A DNA stretch of 25,690 nucleotides from Dehalococcoidia bacterium (lineage in GTDB: Bacteria; Chloroflexota; Dehalococcoidia; Dehalococcoidales; E44-bin46), in NCBI GenBank assembly GCA_020343755.1, contig CP070810.1, forward strand, positions 766,041 to 791,730, read 5' to 3'. The translations under genes were made by a program, and so were the position numbers. Shown one piece after another: positions 9,893 to 18,762 of this stretch (position 1 is the stretch's first letter; each line of letters starts with the position of its first letter). The notes below the pieces were generated by a model. That model was not told where the DNA came from, ran no database searches, and saw only the letters and a program-made list of their open reading frames with translations.

Positions 9893-10409
9893 TAGAAACT
9901 ACCTCCTCAACCTTAACCACTGGCTTACGCTTGGCTAACGCCTCCTTCGGATCTCTAAGCTGCATAAGGGCAAGCATCGTTGCCTTAGCCACATTAACCT
10001 TATTTGAGCTACCCAAAGATTTAGTCAAAATGTCCTTGATTCCAGCTGCCTCAACCACAGCCCGGATACTACCACCAGCGATGATACCGGTACCTGGTGC
10101 TGCTGGTTTTAATAACACCTTGGCTGCACTAAATTTAACCCCTATTTCATGGGGAATAGTATTCCCTGCCAGCGGTACTTTAATCAAATTCTTCTTAGCC
10201 ATAGCACTAGCCTTACTGATTGCCGCTGGCACTTCATTAGCCTTACCGGTGCCAATGCCTACATGCCCATTGCCATCACCGGTTACCACCAAGGCGCTAA
10301 AATTGAGGCGCTTCCCACCCATCATCACCTTAGTCACCCGATTAATATAGACTAACTTGTCACTTAGTGTCAGTTCTGTTGGGTCTATCTTGCTTCTTAT
10401 CTCCTTCAC
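9885..10409 (-). CDS. rpsE: 30S ribosomal protein S5
   Basis: [46 protein letters not shown]. Confidence 0.98.
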   Translation of the reverse strand: MKEIRSKIDPTELTLSDKLVYINRVTKVMMGGKRLNFSALVVTGDGNGHVGIGTGKANEVPAAISKASAMAKKNLIKVPLAGNTIPHEIGVKFSAAKVLLKPAAPGTGIIAGGSIRAVVEAAGIKDILTKSLGSSNKVNVAKATMLALMQLRDPKEALAKRKPVVKVEEVVSSG

Positions 10410-10427
10410 CTACCTAAGAAGACCTCC

Positions 10428-10793
10428 TTAGAATTTCAGCCCTTCTTCCCGAGCTGCCTCAGCCAACGCCCTAACTCGGCCATGATACTTGTATCCGCCA
10501 CGATCAAAAACTACCTGGGTTATCCCTTTATCCAAGGCCCGCTTAGCCACCAAACTGCCAACAAGCTCAGCCTCGCCCGTCTTTGCCTTACCAACTAGCT
10601 TATCTCTTATCTCAGGGGCAAGGGTTGAGACGTGAGCTAGGGTATGTCCCTGCGAATCATCAATAACCTGGGCATAAATATGATTCAAGCTACGGAAAAC
10701 ACATAGGCGCGGCCTAGAGCTAGTGCCCCTCACCTTGGCTCTAACTCGGCTGTGTCTTCTAAGACGCGCTGTTCTGGTCTCAATTTTGCTCAT
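10428..10793 (-). CDS. rplR: 50S ribosomal protein L18
   Basis: [34 protein letters not shown]. Start reassigned to ATG 10793. Confidence 0.98.
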   Translation of the reverse strand: MSKIETRTARLRRHSRVRAKVRGTSSRPRLCVFRSLNHIYAQVIDDSQGHTLAHVSTLAPEIRDKLVGKAKTGEAELVGSLVAKRALDKGITQVVFDRGGYKYHGRVRALAEAAREEGLKF

Positions 10794-10797
10794 TATC

Positions 10798-11346
10798 CTA
10801 CCTGCCACTCTGCCTGCCTTTACCTGGCTTCAAGTGAACTAGCTCTCCAACATATCTAATACCCTTACCTTTATAAGCATCGGGGGGGCGAATAGCCCTA
10901 ATCTCGGCTGCCATCTGACCAACCGCTTCTTTATCAATTCCGGTAACCTTAACCCGATTTGTCCCCTCTGCAGCCAGAGACACACCGGGCAACGGTGATA
11001 CTTCCACCGGGTGGGAAAAGCCAACATGAAATATCAGCATATCCCCCGCCTTTTGAACCCGATAACCTACGCCTACTATCTCAAGATTTCTCTCAAAGCC
11101 ACTAGCTACCCCCTCTACCATGTTAGCCAACAGACTCCGTGTCAGTCCATGCAAGGAGCGGTGCTCTTTGCTGTCACTAGGCCGCGACACTATCAAGTTA
11201 TTATTATCTAAGGTAATTGACATATCAGGGTTAAAGCGACGACGAAGCTCCCCCTTAGATCCGGTTACAGTAACTTCGTTATCTTTATTAATACTTATTG
11301 CCACGCCTTCTGGCACAGTTATCGGCATCCGTCCCACTCTAGACAT
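10798..11346 (-). CDS. rplF: 50S ribosomal protein L6
   Basis: [42 protein letters not shown]. Start ATG 11346. Confidence 0.98.
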   Translation of the reverse strand: MSRVGRMPITVPEGVAISINKDNEVTVTGSKGELRRRFNPDMSITLDNNNLIVSRPSDSKEHRSLHGLTRSLLANMVEGVASGFERNLEIVGVGYRVQKAGDMLIFHVGFSHPVEVSPLPGVSLAAEGTNRVKVTGIDKEAVGQMAAEIRAIRPPDAYKGKGIRYVGELVHLKPGKGRQSGR

Positions 11347-11367
11347 ATACATCACCCCAACATTGGT

Positions 11368-11766
11368 TTACCACACATAGCATAATATCTCACCACCAAT
11401 TCCCTGGCGCCAAGCTTGCTGCCCTGTCATCACACCCTTGGGTGTAGACAGGATAGCAATACCCAAACCAGCATAGACACGGGGGATTTCCTTTCGCCCG
11501 GTATATACCCTTAACCCAAGCTTACTTACTCGCTCCAATCCAGAAAGGACTGGCTGATTTTTATCATCATATTTAAGGTGAATCTTAATTACCCGGTGCG
11601 CCTTACCCCTAAGCACCTCATAGTCATTAATGAAACCTTCGGCTTTAAGGATTCTAGTAATAGATAGCTTTATTCTTGAGGCTGGTATCAGCACCGAGTC
11701 ATGCCTCGCCATAATAGCATTTCGGATTCGGGTTAGCATATCAGCTATTGGGTCAGAAATAGTCAC
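11368..11766 (-). CDS. rpsH: 30S ribosomal protein S8
   Basis: [48 protein letters not shown] 11766 has better RBS spacing than ATG 11772. Confidence 0.98.
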   Translation of the reverse strand: MTISDPIADMLTRIRNAIMARHDSVLIPASRIKLSITRILKAEGFINDYEVLRGKAHRVIKIHLKYDDKNQPVLSGLERVSKLGLRVYTGRKEIPRVYAGLGIAILSTPKGVMTGQQAWRQGIGGEILCYVW

Positions 11767-11800
11767 CCCCATCTCCTTAGTCTTATTTTAGAACATCTAG

Positions 11801-11986
11801 TTACCAGCTTGATTTCCTTACCCCAGGAATCTGACCAGCCAGAGCCAGCCGACGAAAACAAATACGACACAAGCCGAACCTACGAATATAGGCACGAGGC
11901 CGGCCACACAAATAACACCGATTGTGCTGCTGCACCTTATATTTGGCAGGACGTTCCGACTTGGCAATCTTTGACTTTTTAGCCAT
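11801..11986 (-). CDS. rpsZ: 30S ribosomal protein S14, type Z (61 aa, Zn-binding)
   Basis: MAKKS...[23 protein letters not shown]...IPGVRKSSW. Start ATG 11986. Confidence 0.97.
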   Translation of the reverse strand: MAKKSKIAKSERPAKYKVQQHNRCYLCGRPRAYIRRFGLCRICFRRLALAGQIPGVRKSSW

Positions 11987-11993
11987 TCCTACC

Positions 11994-12539
11994 TCAATCC
12001 TCCCCACTGAAAGGCATACCTAATGCCTCTAGCAGATGGCTACCCTCATCATCTGTCTTAGCCGTAGTGATAACTGACACCTCCAGTCCCCGTACCCTAT
12101 CTATACTATCGTAATCTACCTCGGGAAAGACGATTTGCTCCTTTAGCCCCAATGTATAGTTTCCCCAGCCATCGAAGGAGTTTTGGGGAACCCCTTGAAA
12201 TTCACGCACTCGAGGTAAGACAGCATTTACCAGCTTGTCAAAAAAGTCATACATGCGCTCCCCCCGCAGGGTTACCTTTAACCCAATAGGCATCCCTGTC
12301 CTCAACCTGAAGGAAGCAATGGATTTCTTGGCACGGGTTACCACTGGATGCTGCCCCGAAATAGCCGTCAAATCCCCTTCAGCTGCCTCCAGAGCCTTAG
12401 CATCCCGAATTGCCTCTCCCAAACCAATATTAAGCACTATCTTGTCTAAACGCGGTACCTGCATTATATTCTTATACCCATAGAGCTCCATTAGCTTGGG
12501 GATAACCTCTTTTCCATACCTTTCCTTGAGTCGTGACAT
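11994..12539 (-). CDS. rplE: 50S ribosomal protein L5
   Basis: [49 protein letters not shown]. Confidence 0.98.
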   Translation of the reverse strand: MSRLKERYGKEVIPKLMELYGYKNIMQVPRLDKIVLNIGLGEAIRDAKALEAAEGDLTAISGQHPVVTRAKKSIASFRLRTGMPIGLKVTLRGERMYDFFDKLVNAVLPRVREFQGVPQNSFDGWGNYTLGLKEQIVFPEVDYDSIDRVRGLEVSVITTAKTDDEGSHLLEALGMPFSGED

Positions 12540-12851
12540 TTAATCAATTACCTCACCACAAGAGCGACAAATACGAACCCTCCTACCATCCTCCAAGGAG
12601 TGGAAGCCAACCCGGGTAGGATGATTACACCGGCTACACAATAGCATAACATTTGACACATGAATTGGTGCCTCCCGTTCTATTATGCCTGCCTGCCTAG
12701 CTTGACGTACCGCCCTGGTATGCCTCTTGATAAAGTTGATACCCTCTACCAGTACTTTCTCCTCCTCGGGGTAAGCAAAGCGAACCTTGCCCTTCTTACC
12801 CCTATCCTTACCAGCAATAACTAACACGGTATCATTCTTCCTAATGTTCAC
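12540..12851 (-). CDS. rplX: 50S ribosomal protein L24
   Basis: KOW motif IRKNDTVLVIAGKDRGKKGKV, EAPIHVSNV, CSRC/CRSC. Start reassigned to GTG 12851 behind GAGGAG. Confidence 0.98.
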   Translation of the reverse strand: MNIRKNDTVLVIAGKDRGKKGKVRFAYPEEEKVLVEGINFIKRHTRAVRQARQAGIIEREAPIHVSNVMLLCSRCNHPTRVGFHSLEDGRRVRICRSCGEVID

Positions 12852-12862
12852 AGCTTGTCTCC

Positions 12863-13231
12863 TCACAAAACTTCAGGTGCCAGTGATATAATCTTGGTAA
12901 AATTCTTCGTCCTCAACTCCCTGGCTACTGGTCCAAATATTCGAGTTCCTTTAGGATTATTCCTATCGGTAAGAATCACAGCCGCATTTTCGTCAAATCT
13001 AATATAAGAGCCATCGGAGCGTCGATATGGCTGAGCGGTACGAATAATAACCGCCCTGACCACGTCTCCCTTCTTTACTACTGCTCCCGGAATGGCTCGT
13101 TTGACCGAAGCTACGATAACATCACCCACGCGGGCATATTTCTTCCTGGTGCCACCCAATACATTAATGCACATAATTTGTCGGGCACCGGTATTATCTG
13201 CCACCTTAAGTCTGGTATACGGTTGAATCAT
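12863..13231 (-). CDS. rplN: 50S ribosomal protein L14
   Basis: MIQ...[41 protein letters not shown]. Confidence 0.98.
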   Translation of the reverse strand: MIQPYTRLKVADNTGARQIMCINVLGGTRKKYARVGDVIVASVKRAIPGAVVKKGDVVRAVIIRTAQPYRRSDGSYIRFDENAAVILTDRNNPKGTRIFGPVARELRTKNFTKIISLAPEVL

Positions 13232-13254
13232 GCCATTCTTGCCTAAGACTAATT

Positions 13255-13536
13255 TCAGGTTATTTCCTCAGGTTGAATCTTGACTACCTCTCCTTTGGTT
13301 ATTATCTCAGCTACCCGCCACCGCTTATGCCTAGAGACGGGACGAGTCTCTATAATCTTAACTAAATCTCCCAGCCCACACTTATTTTTTTCATCGTGGG
13401 CTTTGTATTTAACCACTCTCCTGATGGTCTTCTTATATAGAGGATGGCGCTTGGGTGTTTCTACTGCCACCACCACCGTCTTATCCATGCTATTACTCAC
13501 CACACGCCCAAACCTGATTTTGCGCTTTCCATCCAT
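13255..13536 (-). CDS. rpsQ: 30S ribosomal protein S17
   Basis: [37 protein letters not shown]. Confidence 0.98.
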   Translation of the reverse strand: MDGKRKIRFGRVVSNSMDKTVVVAVETPKRHPLYKKTIRRVVKYKAHDEKNKCGLGDLVKIIETRPVSRHKRWRVAEIITKGEVVKIQPEEIT

Positions 13537-13540
13537 AGGC

Positions 13541-13753
13541 TTAAGTTTTTGCCGGATGCTTTATACCCAGCTTCCTCTCCCTTATTATAGTCTCTAGCCT
13601 AGCAATCTTCTTTTTAACCCTCGGAATTTCGCGGTGGTTTACTAACTGCTTAGTAGCCAAGCGAAAGCGAAGGTTGAAAAGCTCCTGACGAGCTGCTTCT
13701 AATTGCTTTGTCAATTCCTCATCACTGAGTGCTCGAATCTCCTCAACCTTCAA
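13541..13753 (-). CDS. rpmC: 50S ribosomal protein L29
   Basis: [34 protein letters not shown] start. Confidence 0.97.
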   Translation of the reverse strand: MKVEEIRALSDEELTKQLEAARQELFNLRFRLATKQLVNHREIPRVKKKIARLETIIRERKLGIKHPAKT

Positions 13754-14207
13754 CTTGGGCTAACTCCTTATGTACTGAATCACTGCTAACACCGGCACTG
13801 GCTTCCTTTGCCACAAATTTAGTACCAATAGGAAGCTTATATGATGCAAGTCGCATTGCTCCCCTGGCTACCTCCTCACCAACACCTCCCATTTCAAACA
13901 AGATTCTCCCCGGTTTAACCACAGCTACCCAATGGTCTAGGGAACCCTTGCCCGAACCCATACGGGTCTCGGCTGGCTTTCGGGTAACTGGTTTATCAGG
14001 AAAGATACGTATCCAGATTTTACCACCGCGCCGAATGTAATGGGTCATAGCCCGCCGGGCAGCTTCAATCTGCCGACTAGTAAGCCAGGCAGGCTCCAGT
14101 GCCTGCAAACCAAAGTCGCCAAAAACAATCGTGTTCCCGGCCTGGGCTTTACCCCGGCGGCGTCCTTTATGAGTCTTGCGGTATTTCACTCGTTTGGGTT
14201 GTAGCAT
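13743..14207 (-). CDS. rplP: 50S ribosomal protein L16
   Basis: [36 protein letters not shown]; ~20-aa C-terminal extension. Confidence 0.98.
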   Translation of the reverse strand: MLQPKRVKYRKTHKGRRRGKAQAGNTIVFGDFGLQALEPAWLTSRQIEAARRAMTHYIRRGGKIWIRIFPDKPVTRKPAETRMGSGKGSLDHWVAVVKPGRILFEMGGVGEEVARGAMRLASYKLPIGTKFVAKEASAGVSSDSVHKELAQVEG

Positions 14208-15351
14208 CTTGCTCCTTTGATTTTACGGAGGCAGAGTCTTTATCCTTTACCTTCTTCGCTCTTCTTGTCGGCTTCGCAGGTTTCTTCTTCAATTCTACAG
14301 AGGCGGGTTCTACCGGCTCAGGCTCAGGTGTCTTTTCAGCTACCTCTTCCGCTGGTGCAGCTGGCACCTCCTCAACTTCGGCCACTGGCTCAGCTACCTC
14401 TCCCGCTGGCGCAGCTGGCACCTCCTCAACCTCGGCCACCGGCTCAACTATCTCTTCCGCTGGCGCAGCTGGCACCTCCTCAACTTCGGCCACTGGCTCA
14501 GCTACCTCTTCCGCTGGTGCAGCTGGCACCTCCTCAACTTCGGCCACCGGCTCAACTATCTCTTCCGCTGGTGCAGCTGGCACCTCCTCAACTTCAGCCA
14601 CTGGCTCAGCTACCTCTTCCGCTGGTGCAGCTGGCACCTCTTCAACTTCAGCCACTGGCTCAGCTACCTCTTCCGCTGGCACAGCTGGCACAGCTGGCAC
14701 CTCTTCACCTTCCTCCACCTCAACCTGAGGAAGAATATCACCTCTATATATCCAGACCTTTACCCCAATCCGACCGAGAGTGGTACGTGCCTCAGCCAAG
14801 CCGTAATCAATATCAGCCCGTAGCTTCTGCAGGGGTACCTGCCCCTGATGCATCGTTTCACGACGAGCTATCTCAGCACCACCTAATCTACCAGCACAGC
14901 TGATTCTTATCCCCTTAGCTCCAGCCTCAAGGGTGCGAAAAATAGCTTGTTTCATCGCCCTGCGGTGAGCAATACGACGCTCAATCTGCTCAGCTACCGC
15001 CTTGGCTACCAAATAAGCATCGAGTTCGGGCTGCCGGATCTCCTGAATATTTAACTGAACCCTACTCCCAATAAGGCTCTCGAGGCGCTGCCTCATTTCA
15101 TCAACTCTTTGCCCTCCCCGCCCGATGACAACACCAGGACGGGCAGTATGAATAGTTATCACCACCCTGTTTGCCTGACGGTCAATCTCAACCAAGGAGA
15201 TACCAGCATTAGCATACTCAGACCTAATAGCCTGCCGAAGTTTTAGGTCTTCGTGCAAAAACTCTACATAACGCTTACTGGCGTACCACTTGGCTTGCCA
15301 ATCCCGTATGATGCCAATTCTAAAACCGGTAGGATGAACCTTACGCCCCAA
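14167..15351 (-). CDS. rpsC: 30S ribosomal protein S3 with a long acidic repeat C-terminal extension (394 aa)
   Basis: [12 protein letters not shown]-domain [36 protein letters not shown]. Start reassigned to TTG 15351. The core is ~207 aa and the tail ~187 aa. Confidence 0.98.
   Translation of the reverse strand: MGRKVHPTGFRIGIIRDWQAKWYASKRYVEFLHEDLKLRQAIRSEYANAGISLVEIDRQANRVVITIHTARPGVVIGRGGQRVDEMRQRLESLIGSRVQLNIQEIRQPELDAYLVAKAVAEQIERRIAHRRAMKQAIFRTLEAGAKGIRISCAGRLGGAEIARRETMHQGQVPLQKLRADIDYGLAEARTTLGRIGVKVWIYRGDILPQVEVEEGEEVPAVPAVPAEEVAEPVAEVEEVPAAPAEEVAEPVAEVEEVPAAPAEEIVEPVAEVEEVPAAPAEEVAEPVAEVEEVPAAPAEEIVEPVAEVEEVPAAPAGEVAEPVAEVEEVPAAPAEEVAEKTPEPEPVEPASVELKKKPAKPTRRAKKVKDKDSASVKSKEQDATTQTSEIPQDS
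14336..14706 (-). repeat. 54-bp in-frame tandem repeat (6 full units plus a partial) in the rpsC tail, encoding [10 protein letters not shown](VA/IV)EPVAEV
   Basis: Plus-strand units start at 14374, 14428, 14482, 14536, 14590 and 14644 (aacttcggccactggctcagctacctcttccgctggtgcagctggcacctcctc). The unit at 14644 has an extra 9-nt duplication. A partial unit spans 14336-14373. Confidence 0.97.
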
Positions 15352-15688
15352 CTTTTTCCTCCTGCTCGGCAACAACCACTGTAATATGACTAGACCGCTT
15401 AAGGATGGGGCTGACTCGCCCTCGAGCCCGTGGACGGAACCTCTTCAGGGTTGGTGCCTCGTCAACAAAAATGCTAACAATCCTTAAATCCGGCGACATC
15501 TGAAAATTGTTCTCAGCATTAGCTGCCGCTGATTTCACTACCTTGGCCACAACTCGAGCTGTGGGTGAGGAGGCAAACTTGAGTAGGGTCAAGGCTTCGT
15601 CCACCGTCTTGCCTCGTATCATATCTGCTAACGGACGCACCTTACGAGACGGTATACCTATGTCTTTAGCCACTGCTCTCACTTCCAT
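15341..15688 (-). CDS. rplV: 50S ribosomal protein L22
   Basis: RKVR...DMIRGK, KSAAANAENN, LKRFRPRARGR, KRSSHITVVV. Confidence 0.98.
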   Translation of the reverse strand: MEVRAVAKDIGIPSRKVRPLADMIRGKTVDEALTLLKFASSPTARVVAKVVKSAAANAENNFQMSPDLRIVSIFVDEAPTLKRFRPRARGRVSPILKRSSHITVVVAEQEEKVGA

Positions 15689-15706
15689 GTATACCTACCT
15701 AAGTAA

Positions 15707-16000
15707 CTACTTTCTCTTTCTTACCTGAGTAATCCTTTCTGCCTTAGCCACGTGCCCCCTAAAGGTTCGGGTTAAAGCAAACTCGCCTAATTTATGCCCC
15801 ACCATATTCTCGGTGATAAAAATAGGCACATGTCTCCGGCCATTATGCACCGCGATAGTAAGCCCTATCATCGCCGGCATAATAGTAGATGACCGTGACC
15901 AGGTTCTTATCACCGCCTTCTCGCCAGAGCGATTAACAGCCTCTACCTTCTTTAGTAGTTTGGGGTCAATGGCTGGCCCCTTCTTAATTGACCTTGACAT
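15707..16000 (-). CDS. rpsS: 30S ribosomal protein S19
   Basis: [35 protein letters not shown]. Confidence 0.98.
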   Translation of the reverse strand: MSRSIKKGPAIDPKLLKKVEAVNRSGEKAVIRTWSRSSTIMPAMIGLTIAVHNGRRHVPIFITENMVGHKLGEFALTRTFRGHVAKAERITQVRKRK

Positions 16001-16020
16001 TTGGCTTCACCTTTACTCGT

Positions 16021-16848
16021 CTATTTCCCCCGACGTTTAACAATCAACTTATCTGACGGCTTTGGCTTACGAGTCCTATAACCCAAAGCTGGCTTTCCCC
16101 ACGGTGTTTTAGGTCCAGGCATGCCTATCGGCGACCTACCTTCCCCACCACCATGGGGGTGGTCACGCGGGCTCATAGCCGAGCCCCTAACCGTAGGTCG
16201 CCAACCTAACCACCGCTTGCGGCCTGCCTTGCCCAATTTAATACCCTGATGGTCAATATTCCCCACCTGCCCAATGGTAGCTAAACAATCACTGCGAATT
16301 CGCCTCATCTCACCAGATGGTAACCGAACCAAGGCATATTCACCCTCCTTCACCATTAATTGAGCTGCGGCTCCAGCACTGCGTACCAACTGTGCGCCCC
16401 TGCCCTTCTCTAACTCAATATTATGTATCATAGTGCCGCTTGGGATTAGCTTCAAGGGTAAAGCGTTCCCAGGTTTTATTTCAGCCTCACTGCCTGACTT
16501 TATCGTATCCCCAACGTTAAGCCCTAAAGGGGCAAGAATGTAGCGCTTTTCCCCATCAGTATAATGAATGAGAGCAATATTTGCTGAACGGTTAGGATCG
16601 TATTCGATAGCAGCCACTCTACCGGGAACACCAACCTTATCACGCTTAAAATCAATAATGCGGAGCCTTCGTTTGGCACCCCCGCCCCGGTGTCGAACCG
16701 TTATTTTCCCCCGAGTGTTACGCCCAGCCTTCTTTTTAAGGGGTAGGAGCAGCGATTTCTCTGGCTTGCTTTTAGTTATTTCCTCAAAGGTAGAACCACT
16801 CATACCTCGCCTACCAGGAGAGGTTGGACGATATGCCTTTAGTGCCAC
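16021..16848 (-). CDS. rplB: 50S ribosomal protein L2
   Basis: [57 protein letters not shown] start. Confidence 0.98.
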   Translation of the reverse strand: MALKAYRPTSPGRRGMSGSTFEEITKSKPEKSLLLPLKKKAGRNTRGKITVRHRGGGAKRRLRIIDFKRDKVGVPGRVAAIEYDPNRSANIALIHYTDGEKRYILAPLGLNVGDTIKSGSEAEIKPGNALPLKLIPSGTMIHNIELEKGRGAQLVRSAGAAAQLMVKEGEYALVRLPSGEMRRIRSDCLATIGQVGNIDHQGIKLGKAGRKRWLGWRPTVRGSAMSPRDHPHGGGEGRSPIGMPGPKTPWGKPALGYRTRKPKPSDKLIVKRRGK

Positions 16849-16870
16849 TTAACTTCCCCCTTCATAAATT

Positions 16871-17155
16871 CTAAACCCCTTCAAATAGTTCAATCTTATC
16901 CCCCGGCTGGAGGGTAACTATTGCCTTTTTCCAGGGTTGGGTTAACACCTGTCGCCTGCCTACCCTCCGTAGTTTACCACGTACGGTCACCACATTAACT
17001 GCGGTCACCCTGACCTTAAATGCCTTTTCCACCGCCTGTTTAATCTGTGGTTTGTTAGCGCCTCTGGCTACTTCAAAGGCATATTTGCCTTGAGCTTGAA
17101 GCTCGGTACTCTTCTCGGTTACTACCGGGCGACGCAATACCTCATAGGGATGCAT
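16871..17155 (-). CDS. rplW: 50S ribosomal protein L23
   Basis: RPVVTEKS, ANKPQIKQAVE, WKKAIVTL. Confidence 0.98.
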   Translation of the reverse strand: MHPYEVLRRPVVTEKSTELQAQGKYAFEVARGANKPQIKQAVEKAFKVRVTAVNVVTVRGKLRRVGRRQVLTQPWKKAIVTLQPGDKIELFEGV

Positions 17156-17798
17156 TGCTGCCTCCTTGAGATACTTTCTCTCCCCATAACTCTTCTACTT
17201 TGCGCACAGCAGCTTCAGTCATCAATAGCGTTCTATAGGAAAGGATGTCAACCACATTAAGTAGATTAGCTAGCGTGGTCTTAATCCTCGGCAGGTTACG
17301 GGCTGATTTAACTACATTACTCTCCGGTTCCCCGGTAACAATAAGCGCTGAAGAATCCGCCCCCAGTGCTGTCAGAATCTGTGCCATATCCTTAGTTCTA
17401 GGCTCATCAAATTTCAGTTGCTCCACAACCATTAACTCCCCGTCTCTTGCCTTGGCCGACAGTACACACCTTAAAGCTAACTGACGCATCTTTTTAGGCA
17501 CTGCTTGCCTGTAGCTCCTGGGCTTAGGTCCAAAGGCAATACCTCCGCCTCGGCGCAGTGGCGACCTCCGGCTGCCGGCTCGGGCAAAACCAGTGTGTTT
17601 CTGCCGAAACAACTTCCTAGTACTACCAGAAACTTCACTACGAGTTTTGGTACTAGCTGTTCCCTGACGAGCATTTGCCTGCTGCCTTACCATTGCCTGG
17701 TGCACTACTGCCTGATTAAACGGCACGGCAAAAACTCGGTCACTTATCTCAATATGTTTAATCACCTCTCCGTCAAGGCTATAAACTGGAACTTGCAC
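17142..17798 (-). CDS. rplD: 50S ribosomal protein L4
   Basis: RQGTASTKTRSEV, RQKHTG.AR.GS..SP, GGGIAFGPKPR, SARNLP. GTG start. Confidence 0.98.
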   Translation of the reverse strand: MQVPVYSLDGEVIKHIEISDRVFAVPFNQAVVHQAMVRQQANARQGTASTKTRSEVSGSTRKLFRQKHTGFARAGSRRSPLRRGGGIAFGPKPRSYRQAVPKKMRQLALRCVLSAKARDGELMVVEQLKFDEPRTKDMAQILTALGADSSALIVTGEPESNVVKSARNLPRIKTTLANLLNVVDILSYRTLLMTEAAVRKVEELWGEKVSQGGSNASL

Positions 17799-17803
17799 TC
17801 CCC

Positions 17804-18427
17804 CTACTTCCTCCTGCCTGATTTCCGTATTAGTAATAATCCGTTGGTTGCCCCGGGCACTGCTCCCTTAACCACCAATAGGTTACGGGTAGGGTCGGCT
17901 TCAAACACCTCTAAATGACGCGCCGTCACTCGACTATTCCCCATATGTCCTGCCATGGGCCTCCCTTTAAGTACCCTACCGGGAGAGGTAGTAGCTCCTA
18001 TAGAGCCTGGGGCCCGGTGTCGGTCAGACTGCCCATGCGTTTTGGGTCCACCGGCAAAATGATGCCGCTTTACTACACCGGCAAAGCCCTTACCCTTTGA
18101 CACCCCGGTAATATCCACCAGGTCACCCGCCTTAAACAGGCTAACATCGACCTTGTCCCCTAACTTAATATTATCAACATCATCAGTTCTGAATTCTCGA
18201 AGATACTTAAACTGACCCAGCCCCTTGAGGTGTCCCTGCTGAGGAGAGTTGAGCCGTTTTGCCTGACCAAATCCAAGCTGAACAGCATTATATCCCTCCT
18301 TAGCTGCCGTCTTAACCTGTATTACAATGCACGGCCCAGCCTCGATAGCAGTTACTGCCTCCGCTTTGCCGTCCTCCCGGCATATCTGGGTCATGCCCAA
18401 CTTTCTGCCAATAATCCCCTGGGTCAT
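17804..18427 (-). CDS. rplC: 50S ribosomal protein L3
   Basis: IIGRKLGMTQ, GYNAVQLG, SKGKGFAGVVKRH, HRAPGSIG, MAGHMG, KGAVPG. Confidence 0.98.
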   Translation of the reverse strand: MTQGIIGRKLGMTQICREDGKAEAVTAIEAGPCIVIQVKTAAKEGYNAVQLGFGQAKRLNSPQQGHLKGLGQFKYLREFRTDDVDNIKLGDKVDVSLFKAGDLVDITGVSKGKGFAGVVKRHHFAGGPKTHGQSDRHRAPGSIGATTSPGRVLKGRPMAGHMGNSRVTARHLEVFEADPTRNLLVVKGAVPGATNGLLLIRKSGRRK

Positions 18428-18447
18428 ATCCCTAACCTTCTATAGTT

Positions 18448-18756
18448 TTACAACTTAATATCGATACTAACGCCCGAAGGCAGGCTCAAGCTAGCCAAGG
18501 CGTCTATTGTTTTAGAAGTGGTGTCTATAATGTCAATAAGGCGCTTATGGGTTCGAATTTCAAACTGCTCCTGAGAATCCTTATCAATAAACGGGGAGCG
18601 GATAACACTAAACTTTTGGATACGGGTAGGCAGAGGTATTGGTCCAATAACAACAGCCCCAGTCCGCTCCACCGCCTCAACAATCTGTAGAGCTGATTGG
18701 TCAAGTATCTTGTGGTCATAACCCTTTAGCTTAATGCGAATCTTTTGCTTAGGCAT
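18448..18756 (-). CDS. rpsJ: 30S ribosomal protein S10
   Basis: [40 protein letters not shown]. Confidence 0.98.
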   Translation of the reverse strand: MPKQKIRIKLKGYDHKILDQSALQIVEAVERTGAVVIGPIPLPTRIQKFSVIRSPFIDKDSQEQFEIRTHKRLIDIIDTTSKTIDALASLSLPSGVSIDIKL

Positions 18757-18762
18757 AAAAGT

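Noticed and set aside
10794-10825. L6 C-terminus reads GKGRQSGR*, while the shifted frame gives a more family-like KAGRVAGR
   Set aside because: Removing one A would fuse L6 to L18 with no stop, so a second change would be needed. L6 termini are variable. Only a read check could revive this.
14336-14706. CRISPR-like or mobile-element interpretation of the tandem repeats
   Set aside because: The units are contiguous with no unique spacers, are in frame within rpsC, and have no cas or transposase genes nearby.
14099-14903. Long plus-strand ORFs (209 aa Ser/Ala/Thr/Gly-rich; 228 aa Pro/Leu/Gln-rich)
   Set aside because: Antisense readings of the stop-free 54-bp rpsC repeat. They mimic mucin- or adhesin-like proteins but have no RBS or independent support.
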